From the NCBI GenBank assembly GCA_937899865.1, contig CALBRH010000065.1, forward strand, positions 1-64,000: 64,000 bases of DNA, given 5' to 3'. The DNA is from an uncultured euryarchaeote (GTDB taxonomy: Archaea > Thermoplasmatota > Poseidoniia > Poseidoniales > Poseidoniaceae). How positions within the stretch are numbered: position 1 is the stretch's first letter; each line of letters begins with the position of its first letter. Under the pieces are notes generated by a model. The model worked only from the letters and a program-made list of their open reading frames with translations. It was not told where the DNA came from and searched no databases. Position numbers and translations under genes: made by a program. Of the stretch, positions 1 to 9,258 are shown piece by piece.

Positions 1-67
1 GTCATGATGCTTCGAAATATTATGATTCTAAGTTGTATCAAGGCATTCCCAAAGTTACCGATTTAGG
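1..67 (+). repeat. Direct repeat copy 1 (5' part of the DNA methyltransferase gene); probably continues beyond the window edge
   Basis: Positions 1-55 are identical to 4195-4249. Over 1-67 vs 4195-4261, 64/67 match (mismatches at 56, 59, 63). Confidence 0.95.
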
Positions 68-80
68 TGGCCTATTTTGA
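1..80 (+). pseudogene. Truncated 5' fragment of the DNA methyltransferase
   Basis: The frame from nt 3 reads HDASKYYDSKLYQGIPKVTDLGGLF* (TGA 78-80), versus HDASKYYDSKLYQGIPKVTDVGDPQ... in the intact gene. The upstream part lies outside the window. Confidence 0.75.
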
Positions 81-89
81 AAAATTGAG

Positions 90-1541
90 TTAATTTCTGT
101 TAACCAAATATTCGCCAAACGAACCAACAAGAATTCCATCGGGGTCAAATCTAGATTTAAAATTCATTAATTCCGGCCATAGGGTGTCAAAATGATGGCG
201 CCAAAAATCAATATTTTCTGGTAGTGTATCTGGAAGATAACGTACCCCTCCAACATTTAGAACCCGTTTGTAAAGTGATTCATTGTCATCAATCTGCTCG
301 GAAATTCGCTCTTGAGTTGGTGGATCAGCACGTCGTAACAATCCAAGAAAGAAACTTCGCTCATTTTCGGGTAAACGCAGGTATGGGGCGGTAATATATC
401 TCGAATTTAGCGGGAAAAATAAGACTGGCCCACCTCCTATATCGTCAACAGGATGTATTCTATCAAATTCAGATTTCATCAAATCCAATCCATCATCGCT
501 AAATGGAATAAAAACAGTGAGTTCGGGATGTGGCGCTGCTCCTTGAAGTTGCTCTTCAATAATTAATGGTGGTAATCTAAAGCAAAATTCTTTCCAAGAA
601 ATTTCCCATATGTCAATGCACCCAGAAAGATGATTTAATTGTGATAAATCTACTCTTGGTCCTTTGAATCCTGGTCCTTGTAAGTCTGAAATTTCTAAAT
701 TATAGACCCATTCTCCATCTACTTGTTTAATTGCAGACTCAACAACTTCCAAGTCTAGATTCATTTTATCAGTTGAGTTCATTCTAGTCATTACCGATTC
801 AGGAGTTTTTTCTGCGGCAAATCCGTGTATAAGATCAACTTCGTGATTTCTAGATAATCGATTAATATCATCTAATAAATCCACTACCGATCCATAAGCA
901 GCTTGAACCATTCTTACTGATTTAGGTGCAGGTTCGAGTGGTATTTTCGCTTTGGTAATTATTGCAAATTGTCCATGAGTCGCTCTTACAGCATCAAAAA
1001 TGTCAGAATTTGACGTTGGTGAACAGGTTAGTTTTTCTCCAGTACCAGTGACAATTTCCAATTCTATCAAGTGATCCATTTGAGTTCCACGATGAAATGA
1101 CATAAACCCAAATCCACCCATCGAAACAGTACCACCAATTGAAACACTGAGCCAATCAGTTACTACTGGGGGGGTTCGACCTCTTTCTACTGCTGCTTCC
1201 AATACTTTTGACCAAGCAACTCCACCTTCAACAGAAATAAAGTCATCAGTAATTTCACATATCTTATCTAAAGATTTCATGTCGATTACCAAGCCTCCAC
1301 GAACCATCATTTGGCCACCGGCAGAATGTGCATGCCCTCTGGCGGCCAAAGGAATCTTTTCGGCTCTACAGAAATGTACTGCAGCAACAACATCATTTGA
1401 ATTTGCAGGTTTCAATACCGCAAATGGTCTATGCCTACGCACTTTGCCGAAGTCAAGTTCAGCAATATCTAGCCACTTTCCCTCAATTGCAATTTCACCA
1501 TCAAAATTTGGTAATCTATTAACCCACGAATTATCGAGCAA
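90..1541 (-). CDS. FAD-binding oxidoreductase, VAO/PCMH fold, cytokinin dehydrogenase-like
   Basis: ARGHAHS covalent-FAD His motif, VTDWLSVSIGGT, ELEIVTGTGE, GQFAIIT, PHPELTVFIP and C-terminal KSRFDPDGIL parallel CKX-family motifs. Confidence 0.8.
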   Translation of the reverse strand: MLDNSWVNRLPNFDGEIAIEGKWLDIAELDFGKVRRHRPFAVLKPANSNDVVAAVHFCRAEKIPLAARGHAHSAGGQMMVRGGLVIDMKSLDKICEITDDFISVEGGVAWSKVLEAAVERGRTPPVVTDWLSVSIGGTVSMGGFGFMSFHRGTQMDHLIELEIVTGTGEKLTCSPTSNSDIFDAVRATHGQFAIITKAKIPLEPAPKSVRMVQAAYGSVVDLLDDINRLSRNHEVDLIHGFAAEKTPESVMTRMNSTDKMNLDLEVVESAIKQVDGEWVYNLEISDLQGPGFKGPRVDLSQLNHLSGCIDIWEISWKEFCFRLPPLIIEEQLQGAAPHPELTVFIPFSDDGLDLMKSEFDRIHPVDDIGGGPVLFFPLNSRYITAPYLRLPENERSFFLGLLRRADPPTQERISEQIDDNESLYKRVLNVGGVRYLPDTLPENIDFWRHHFDTLWPELMNFKSRFDPDGILVGSFGEYLVNRN

Positions 1542-1559
1542 ATTTAATCCTCCAATATT

Positions 1560-2978
1560 TCATAGTCTAACATTGTGTACTGCTAAAGCTGCACGCAAAG
1601 CAGATTCCATTGCTCCTTCTATCCATCTATGCTGAATAGAAGCATGTTCTCCCGCGAAGTAAAATCTTCCTTCTGGCGAAATGATTGCCTCATGAAGTTC
1701 TCGTTCTTGATGAGGTTGGAAAAAAGCATATGCTCCGGCGGAAAAAGGGTCTTGACTCCAAACTAACGAATGTCCAGATGCGAGATATTTTTCACAATTT
1801 GGATGGATTACTGCGACATTTTCACGAGCTTGTATCAGTCTTTCTTCGGGAGATAGTGCCCCCCATCGCATCGCATCTTGTCCATGACAATAAGAAGCCA
1901 TCAATACACTTCTTTGGCCATGTGGTTTACGTTCAGGATAGTAGATGTTTCTAATTGCTAAGTCCGTTACAGAAGCGCCTCCATGAATTTCATCGGCCTC
2001 CCAAAATCTTTCAGTTGTCTCAAAAAAGACTCTTGCCGCATCCTCATAGTGCAAATTTCGAATTGCTTTTCTTTTACCCCATGAAAACTCACATAAAATT
2101 TCAATATGTCTCAAGATTGAAAATGGTAATGTACAAATTGCAAAATCTCCTTCAATAATCGAACGACCTCCGATATTCTCAACATGAATCTTTACGCCGT
2201 TTTCATCTTGATCTAAAGCATGTACTCTAGTTCCAAAATTTATACATCCTTCTAGTTCGGGAAGAAAAGCCTTGGGCAACCTATCCATGCCACCTTCAAT
2301 AGTCATGGTATTCGCTCTAAGATCTTGAAGAACCTCTCCTAGAAACTCTGCAGCCGAAGCAGATAGAAGGGTCTCAAAACCTGCCACTAATCCATATAAT
2401 TCTATAGCTGCCTCAGACCATCCAGCGTCTTGCATAAATTCTCTAAGTGAAATACTCTGCAACTCTTCACGTATTCCTGCCCATGATTCCGGATTATCAC
2501 TTACCAGTTGACGATATGGGGCAATCAAATTCTCCCACAGATCTTGCAAAGACGATTTTCTTTCACTCTCAGCAAGTGGGAAATCATGAGGAACTTGACC
2601 AGAAACTATGTCTCCTAAGCGAACTCTATGACTATGACTACAGAACCACGCCTTTGGGTTAAACGACTGGAAGGGGCGCATTTCCAAAGAAAAGTGATTT
2701 GCATATGCTTTTACCAACTGATGAGAATTTGGTACCCTCATTGCTCCAGCTTCTGAGTATTGGCCGGGGCTAAATGGTTCGCGTAGTGTTCTTATGCGGC
2801 CCCCAACCCTCTGGCTTGCTTCAATAATTGTCACATTATGTCCTGCAGCCATAAGTTCCCTTGCAGCAACTAGACCGGAAATTCCTGCACCTAAAATAAT
2901 TACATTCTTTGCCGAGAAATCGTTTTTTGGTAAACCTTGCTCGACTATTTCTACTAGCTCTGGTGCAGTATTATCCAT
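1560..2978 (-). CDS. Flavin monoamine oxidase / L-amino acid oxidase family
   Basis: GAGISGL dinucleotide fold, EASQRVGGRI, EAGAMRVP, FAGEHAS and WIEGAMES. Confidence 0.9.
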   Translation of the reverse strand: MDNTAPELVEIVEQGLPKNDFSAKNVIILGAGISGLVAARELMAAGHNVTIIEASQRVGGRIRTLREPFSPGQYSEAGAMRVPNSHQLVKAYANHFSLEMRPFQSFNPKAWFCSHSHRVRLGDIVSGQVPHDFPLAESERKSSLQDLWENLIAPYRQLVSDNPESWAGIREELQSISLREFMQDAGWSEAAIELYGLVAGFETLLSASAAEFLGEVLQDLRANTMTIEGGMDRLPKAFLPELEGCINFGTRVHALDQDENGVKIHVENIGGRSIIEGDFAICTLPFSILRHIEILCEFSWGKRKAIRNLHYEDAARVFFETTERFWEADEIHGGASVTDLAIRNIYYPERKPHGQRSVLMASYCHGQDAMRWGALSPEERLIQARENVAVIHPNCEKYLASGHSLVWSQDPFSAGAYAFFQPHQERELHEAIISPEGRFYFAGEHASIQHRWIEGAMESALRAALAVHNVRL

Positions 2979-2981
2979 GTT

Positions 2982-3974
2982 TTACAACCCCTTGCGTTGA
3001 TGAATTTCTAGATGCCATTGATTGATTATTTCACTATCTGATTCTGATATTTTATCTGGTGCCCCTTCGACTAAAGCCGCCAAAACATTCAGTTCAGTAC
3101 TGATTATTTTATGCAATTTTTCTTTGTCATTATCTGCAACATTGGATAAATCTGTACTTACAATTACTCCATCATGTTCAGTAGAAATATCCATTCTGAT
3201 AGTTTTTTCAAATCCTTCAAAACTCCATGTATAGCAAACACCATCCGGTTCAGATTCAATCTTTAGATCTATATCCCCGTACATTCTTGACTCAACCAAT
3301 TTGCCGTCAATTTTTCTTACCAATTTATGCCCCGTCCATTTTGGAAGCATTGAGGGGTCAGCCATTACCTTCAACACTTTTTCAACGGATTCAGCAATAA
3401 AAACTGAGGGGTTATTGTCATCTGATTCACTGTTAGAATCTTTTAGATAGTCTTGCATTGTATTTGCTAATGCAGACATGTTATCTTCGACAAACTCTCC
3501 AGCATCAATATTCTCGTTTCTTTCAATTAACTCAACAAAATATCCACAGTACTTCTTGGCGAGAAAAATTTGCTTTAACCCAGAAACAGGGTCTTGAAGA
3601 ATCTCTTCAGAGGTAGTTTCTACCCCATGCTCTCGTAATTTTTCTAAGGTGTCATCAATATTTTCTACTGTATATGCAACATGGTGGACACCTGGGCCAA
3701 ACCTCCACCAATAGCGATGAAATATTGAATCCTCTGTTAATCCTTCAGTTACTACCATTACCTTTTCATCCGAACCAGGTAACCATAGAATATGATTTAG
3801 CATATCATATTCTCCTTCAGGAACTGAACCAGCATTAACCATTTGAACTCTAGCTGGGCGAAAACCTAACACATTTACGTGAAATTCTGCAACAGCACGT
3901 GCATCATCGACAATTAGCGTATAGTGGTCAAATTCCCCGAGTTCAATAGGTGAATTCTGCATTGATAAAGCCAT
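2982..3974 (-). CDS. VOC-family metalloenzyme (HPPD C-terminal-domain-like) fused to an SRPBCC/START-like domain
   Basis: FDHYTL, GPGVHHVAY, LKQIF and FVELIER give a His/His/Glu triad. The C-terminal VFIAESVEKVLKVMADPSMLPKW is SRPBCC-like. Confidence 0.7.
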   Translation of the reverse strand: MALSMQNSPIELGEFDHYTLIVDDARAVAEFHVNVLGFRPARVQMVNAGSVPEGEYDMLNHILWLPGSDEKVMVVTEGLTEDSIFHRYWWRFGPGVHHVAYTVENIDDTLEKLREHGVETTSEEILQDPVSGLKQIFLAKKYCGYFVELIERNENIDAGEFVEDNMSALANTMQDYLKDSNSESDDNNPSVFIAESVEKVLKVMADPSMLPKWTGHKLVRKIDGKLVESRMYGDIDLKIESEPDGVCYTWSFEGFEKTIRMDISTEHDGVIVSTDLSNVADNDKEKLHKIISTELNVLAALVEGAPDKISESDSEIINQWHLEIHQRKGL

Positions 3975-4121
3975 TAAATGTGCATTATTTAATCTACCTA
4001 ACAGATTTAATGTCAGACTTTTTGTAAATCTCTACCGTGCCACAATATACAATAAAAAATATGGGCAAAGGCATGTAATAATGCCGATTGAATTATTAAG
4101 CCGCGCGTCAAAGATGATGAT

Positions 4122-5027
4122 ATGACCGTAGGCAGAGGTTCTAACAAAAAGACCTCTACTACAACCTCAAGTTTCGGCGTCTCCAAGCGTGAGAGTCATG
4201 ATGCTTCGAAATATTATGATTCTAAGTTGTATCAAGGCATTCCCAAAGTCACTGATGTAGGCGATCCACAAGAGTTTCCAGAATTCCTGCGAGATAGCCT
4301 AGTGTGTGGTGATTCACGTGATATGAGTATGATTCCACCCAATAGTGTCCAACTAATGGTCACCTCACCACCGTACAATGTTAGCAAGGAATACGATGAG
4401 GATTTGAGTCTGCAAGAATACTTAGCCATGCTCAAAGACGTCTTTACTGAAACTTATCGCGTCTTAGCCCCGGGTGGGCGAGCAGTAATCAATGTCGCTA
4501 ATGTTGGCCGTAAGCCATACATTCCACTAACCAGTTACATCAACATGATAATGCTCGAAATTGGCTTTTTGATGCGTGGAGAAATAATCTGGGATAAGTC
4601 CGCATCTGCAGGTACAAGTTGTGCTTGGGGCTCATTCAAGTCAGCCTCGAATCCGTGCCTTAGAGATGTGCATGAATACATCCTGGTCTACTGTAAAGGT
4701 GATTTCAAACTCGAGCGCACTAAGCAAGAGCGAGCTGAAGGTCGTGAGGATACTATCGAGAAGCAGGAATTCATTGACTTCACCAAATCCATTTGGCGTT
4801 TCCCTACTGCATCGGCTAAGCGTATCGGTCATCCTGCACCGTTCCCTGAGGAATTACCACGGCGCTGTATCGAGTTTTACACCTTCAAAGGCGATGTCGT
4901 GCTTGACCCATTCATGGGTTCGGGTTCAACCGCACTGGCTGCTAAACATACTGGACGTTCCTACATTGGCTACGATATCAGTCAGGAATATGTTGACTTA
5001 GCCAATCAGCGATTAGCCGATGATTAG
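4122..5027 (+). CDS. Orphan amino-DNA methyltransferase, beta class (N4-C/N6-A)
   Basis: VTSPPYN catalytic motif precedes GHPAPFPEELPRR and the VLDPFMGSGST SAM-binding motif. Confidence 0.92.
   Translation: MTVGRGSNKKTSTTTSSFGVSKRESHDASKYYDSKLYQGIPKVTDVGDPQEFPEFLRDSLVCGDSRDMSMIPPNSVQLMVTSPPYNVSKEYDEDLSLQEYLAMLKDVFTETYRVLAPGGRAVINVANVGRKPYIPLTSYINMIMLEIGFLMRGEIIWDKSASAGTSCAWGSFKSASNPCLRDVHEYILVYCKGDFKLERTKQERAEGREDTIEKQEFIDFTKSIWRFPTASAKRIGHPAPFPEELPRRCIEFYTFKGDVVLDPFMGSGSTALAAKHTGRSYIGYDISQEYVDLANQRLADD
4195..4261 (+). repeat. Direct repeat copy 2, inside the intact methyltransferase gene
   Basis: Matches 1-67 as described for copy 1. Confidence 0.95.
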
Positions 5028-7552
5028 TCATCTAGCAATTCTGCTTCAACTATGCTAGTATCTTTTTCGACCAGCTCAATACCTTCACGACGCATGCTAA
5101 TCTGATAACCAATACCACCAGCAATTAGCATGAATAGAATGATCATTGAGGACATAGCAAAACCATATTGAGAGAAGATTTCACCCAATGCGGAGAAGAA
5201 TCCGTCAGGACCATCATCCTCTTCCATGACCTTTGGTTTGATTAGTTCAACAACCGCTTGTTGGTCGTAAACATTTCTTGTGAAAGTTAGCATGCCATCC
5301 ATAGAAGCATCATAGTTTTCTGATGGAGTTGCTGGGTCTAAGTCAGAATAGTAATCCGGCTTTTGCTCGAAGGCAATATCAATTGGTTCGCTTACATCAA
5401 GAGTAAGAATCACATCAACAGTGTATGGAATTCTTGATTCAAAGAACTCAGGGTCTTCGATGAAACCGAATAGCGTCATTGCTTGACCAGTGACATCGAA
5501 GTGAGCCCACTGACCCCATGCAGATGAATCAACATCCAAGTCATAATACCATGAATCAGCAACTCTGCTACCTTGTCCTTGCGCATCATTACTGCCATCC
5601 TCAGCGAGGTCAATCTCTAATTGCACAGAACCAACTTGACCAGAATCAAGTTCGAATTCAGTAGCAGTAAACATAGCCTCGAGTCTTTCAGTTCCGTTAG
5701 GAATCCAGACATAGTGTGAATCTTCGGTATAGTAAACAGCACCGGTTGCGCCGTTATTGAAGTGGTTCCAGTCACCTTTCCAAGAGTGTCTTACTCTATC
5801 GGTGTCAAGCGAGATGGTTTTGTTAGCCATCATATTTTCATAAATTTCCCAAGCATCCCAAACCGTATACTCCGGGTGGTCAACAATACCGTTACCATCT
5901 TGGTCACGCATTAATTGTAGAGTTCTAGCAAGAGCCACAGCAGCATCGGTATCGGTAAGTCCATGACCGACTCGCCAATCGTGACACTGTCCAGTTGCGC
6001 TCAAGTAGCATTGTTCTGGAATATCATTACAGGAATCATCGCTATTACCATCTTCACAGGAGTTAGCCATGCCCTCATAGACCGCAGTTAGCTCAAGAAT
6101 CAATTCTAATTCGTGAATTCTGCTGAAGTTCTCAGTAGCCCAGTTTTCGAACTGACCGTAGGCTGCAGTGCCTTCACCACCAACCAAACTGTCACCGAAG
6201 TCATGGTCTTCACGGTGGTAATCAGCAACTCCCAATGACGGTGCAATGTCGAGAATCAATCCAGCCATACCGCCAACGTGCGGGGTTGCCATAGAGGTTC
6301 CAGAAATAGACATGTAATACAAATCACCTTGAGTTTTGGTAGTTGCATCAATGGCAGTACCTCTTGGAGCGGTAGCCCAGATATCTCTGCCAGGTGCACC
6401 AACATCTGGCCAAGTGTGTTGTTGGTTCATGCAGCCTCTTGAAGAAAATGAAGTAATTGCTGAACCATCATGAGTTAGTGCGGCAACAGAAATCGCTGAA
6501 GGAGTATTAGCATATACATTGGTTTTCAGTCCACCAGAACATTCTCCACCATTGCCACCGGAGTTTGAGGCAGCAAAGATTACTGCAACGCCATTTTCAA
6601 AGGTCAGCCGGTCGGTTATTTGGGCAATCACACCATTTGGATCGTAGTCACCATCGGTACCCCAGGAGTTAGATACAACTCTAATGTGATACGGGTTTTG
6701 ACCAGGTATTGAATGGATAAATGTCCATTCTAAGCCTTGTTCAGCAGCGAAAATTGAGGCGCCATCACCGGTTCCAAGCGCAACCATTTGACCGCCTTTG
6801 GCAACACCTGCTCGACGACCAGCACTAGCATCACCATTGCCAGCAATAGTGCCGCCAACGTGCGTTCCGTGGCCTGATGTAGTGTCAGAATTTCGTGTTT
6901 CAGTCCACACTCCATCCCACTTTGCTGAGTAAATTACTTTGTCACCAGTCCATGGTTCAAGGTAGTCGAAATCAGGATGACCAGCATCGACACCAGTATC
7001 CAAATCAACGATTGCGGTACCGTCACCATCCCATTCAGTAAATGCCAAATCAACATCGTATTGGACTACTCCTTCAGGTGAAACAATGACTCTGTCCCAG
7101 GCATCAGTAGCTTTCACAACGTGGGTTGTTTCATGCATCATAGCGCTTGGGTCGGTAGGGTCACCGCCCCATTCAGGTGGTAAGTAAAAGAAATCAAGTT
7201 CCTTGTCAAGTTCGAGGTATTCGATTCTATCCCAATTTGAGATTCGACGAACATCTTCTGCCTTGGCTTCGATTAGACCGCCATCTACTAATGGTGCATC
7301 ACCAAGTATGGTGGCACCAAATTCCTCGAGTTGGTTTAGGTCGGAATCGGTTACTGGAGAGTTTAGTTGGAAGATTACAGGAAGCACTGTATCAAATGAC
7401 GAGTCATACAATTCCTGTTGCAAGTCATGATTCATTTTCTCATAGTTACCCATTGGATTAACTTGGTCTGCAAGTGGTGCTGCAGTTGCACCAACCATCA
7501 ACAATTGCAACAATAGTGAAACAAAAATCACAACATTCCTATTGTCACCCAT
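5024..7552 (-). CDS. Membrane-anchored subtilisin-like serine protease (S8)
   Basis: Signal peptide, triad DLDTGVD / GHGTHVGG / GTSMATPHVGG, oxyanion AASNS and a C-terminal TM helix. Confidence 0.92.
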   Translation of the reverse strand: MGDNRNVVIFVSLLLQLLMVGATAAPLADQVNPMGNYEKMNHDLQQELYDSSFDTVLPVIFQLNSPVTDSDLNQLEEFGATILGDAPLVDGGLIEAKAEDVRRISNWDRIEYLELDKELDFFYLPPEWGGDPTDPSAMMHETTHVVKATDAWDRVIVSPEGVVQYDVDLAFTEWDGDGTAIVDLDTGVDAGHPDFDYLEPWTGDKVIYSAKWDGVWTETRNSDTTSGHGTHVGGTIAGNGDASAGRRAGVAKGGQMVALGTGDGASIFAAEQGLEWTFIHSIPGQNPYHIRVVSNSWGTDGDYDPNGVIAQITDRLTFENGVAVIFAASNSGGNGGECSGGLKTNVYANTPSAISVAALTHDGSAITSFSSRGCMNQQHTWPDVGAPGRDIWATAPRGTAIDATTKTQGDLYYMSISGTSMATPHVGGMAGLILDIAPSLGVADYHREDHDFGDSLVGGEGTAAYGQFENWATENFSRIHELELILELTAVYEGMANSCEDGNSDDSCNDIPEQCYLSATGQCHDWRVGHGLTDTDAAVALARTLQLMRDQDGNGIVDHPEYTVWDAWEIYENMMANKTISLDTDRVRHSWKGDWNHFNNGATGAVYYTEDSHYVWIPNGTERLEAMFTATEFELDSGQVGSVQLEIDLAEDGSNDAQGQGSRVADSWYYDLDVDSSAWGQWAHFDVTGQAMTLFGFIEDPEFFESRIPYTVDVILTLDVSEPIDIAFEQKPDYYSDLDPATPSENYDASMDGMLTFTRNVYDQQAVVELIKPKVMEEDDGPDGFFSALGEIFSQYGFAMSSMIILFMLIAGGIGYQISMRREGIELVEKDTSIVEAELLDD

Positions 7553-7583
7553 GAAGAGCCCTACTGGCCTTCATTCAAATGTC

Positions 7584-8066
7584 TTATTCATCATTGTTTG
7601 AGGGTGCAGGTCTTGGAGAACCATCTTCTTTAACGGTGTTTAGTACGACATGGGTAAAGGATCTTGTTACTCCGTCAAGGGTAAATACTGTCTTGGTCAA
7701 ATCATCCAAATCTGCACGATTTTTTACCCTTGCAAGAACGATTGAATCCCAGTCACCAGTTACATCGTAAACGGAGAATACTCTTGGGTCAGCCGCAATT
7801 TTTTGTTGCACATCGATCATCATTCCTTTGGCAATTCTAAGCCCGGCCATGATAGTCATATTCCATCCAACACTTTCAGGGTCAATCACTACACTGTAAC
7901 CTTTGATAATACCTAACTCTTCCATCCTTCGGATTCTATTGGTAATAGTTCCCTGTGCTACTCCGACATCTCTTGACAATTGACGCTGGCTTGCCCGTGC
8001 ATCACTCAGTAGTGAAGCGAGAATCGCCCTGTCGACATCATCCAAATCCATATCAGGCACCATCAT
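7584..8066 (-). CDS. Lrp/AsnC family transcriptional regulator
   Basis: LDDVDRAILASL...SQRQLSRDVGV...RIRRMEELGIIKGY HTH, plus the RAM domain YDVTGDWD. Confidence 0.92.
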   Translation of the reverse strand: MMVPDMDLDDVDRAILASLLSDARASQRQLSRDVGVAQGTITNRIRRMEELGIIKGYSVVIDPESVGWNMTIMAGLRIAKGMMIDVQQKIAADPRVFSVYDVTGDWDSIVLARVKNRADLDDLTKTVFTLDGVTRSFTHVVLNTVKEDGSPRPAPSNNDE

Positions 8067-8105
8067 AGGCTATACTTACACTTCTTCAAACTTCGCTAAT
8101 TTATG

Positions 8106-9257
8106 CTAATCGATGTTTGTTGTAATCGCTAAGAATTGTGTCCAAACTCCTAACTCATCAACTTCTAATTTAATGTGCAATCGGCAATCAGTTGTTTCAG
8201 ATTGTTTGAATTTTAATTCAATATTAACCGATTTGTTTGCTTCAATAAATCGACTTTTGAATCTCGAAGACAGTTTCCATGGCGCGTCTACTTCGAGTGA
8301 TTTTATCTCCATTCGCCGACTTTTTGTAGTAAATTCAACAACTAAACAATTGGCTTTTTCTCGATGCCAATATCCACTAATAATCGGCATACCATGTTCT
8401 TCTTTGTACATATTGCCAAGTATTGTAGTGATTACTATGATGCCAAAAACAATTGCAAAAATAGGCACCAAAAATTGGTCAAGCTCGACATTTTCTTCTT
8501 GAGTCGATAATTCTACTTGATTTAGGTAAAGCAATTGATTGGTATCACTGCCTTCTAATTCGCCAAATAATGCAAATGTTACCGACCAGCCATATGGAGA
8601 CTCAGCAAAATCAACACCTGCAGCGGAAAGGTGTGTTTCGCTTAAAATCCATGTAGTCTCAGTGGAATTATTCTCTTGATTACTAAACCCAAATTCTGGC
8701 TTCATTTCGTAAACTAAATTATTCAAACGCCGATTATGGTCATCAATAGAATATTCTTTGCTTAGATAGATGTACATTATTGTCGAGTCCGATAAATTGA
8801 CCAATGGCGTCATGGTAATTGGAATTTCAACCCTATGTCCATCTAACTCTTCGTATACATTCAATTCACCAGATAGACTGATTACGGGTAATGAATTCTC
8901 GATTTGTTGTCTATTTTCATTCGCTTGTCCGACAGTTAACTCCTCATTAATGACACTGAGTGGATTATTTTGTGAGAGGTTTAGCAATAATTCTCCAGCC
9001 CTTGCTTTAGCATCATCATCTGGCCAGTTTGAGTTTGTCTCATCACTCCACGGCCACCAATTCAACACCAAATCATCTTGTGAATTGATTGCACAATCTT
9101 CAGCAGATATCGAAGTAAAGCACTCAATTAGACTAGTATCAGTGGATTCTACACTATCGATAGCGGTTGATACAACTGCTTCATTCTGTTCCGCAGTAGC
9201 AATTGCAATAGCAGGTGATAGCAGTAATACAACGATGAAAGCAGCGATTTTTTGCAT
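8106..9257 (-). CDS. Hypothetical secreted/membrane protein
   Basis: Signal peptide, acidic extracellular region and a TM (FLVPIFAIVFGIIVITTIL) near the C-terminus. Confidence 0.65.
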   Translation of the reverse strand: MQKIAAFIVVLLLSPAIAIATAEQNEAVVSTAIDSVESTDTSLIECFTSISAEDCAINSQDDLVLNWWPWSDETNSNWPDDDAKARAGELLLNLSQNNPLSVINEELTVGQANENRQQIENSLPVISLSGELNVYEELDGHRVEIPITMTPLVNLSDSTIMYIYLSKEYSIDDHNRRLNNLVYEMKPEFGFSNQENNSTETTWILSETHLSAAGVDFAESPYGWSVTFALFGELEGSDTNQLLYLNQVELSTQEENVELDQFLVPIFAIVFGIIVITTILGNMYKEEHGMPIISGYWHREKANCLVVEFTTKSRRMEIKSLEVDAPWKLSSRFKSRFIEANKSVNIELKFKQSETTDCRLHIKLEVDELGVWTQFLAITTNID

Positions 9258-9258
9258 T

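Larger units (their letters stand above)
1..4261. mobile_element. Putative integrated 4194-bp cassette (no integrase) inserted in the methyltransferase gene
   Basis: It is flanked by the direct repeat and contains a tightly spaced 3-gene operon. Spot GC counts are 18/60 (61-120) and 17/60 (2101-2160), versus 30/60 and 33/60 in the MTase (4261-4320, 4801-4860). Confidence 0.55.

Noticed and set aside
4122-5027. Complete restriction-modification system
   Set aside because: No nuclease-like ORF is adjacent within the window.
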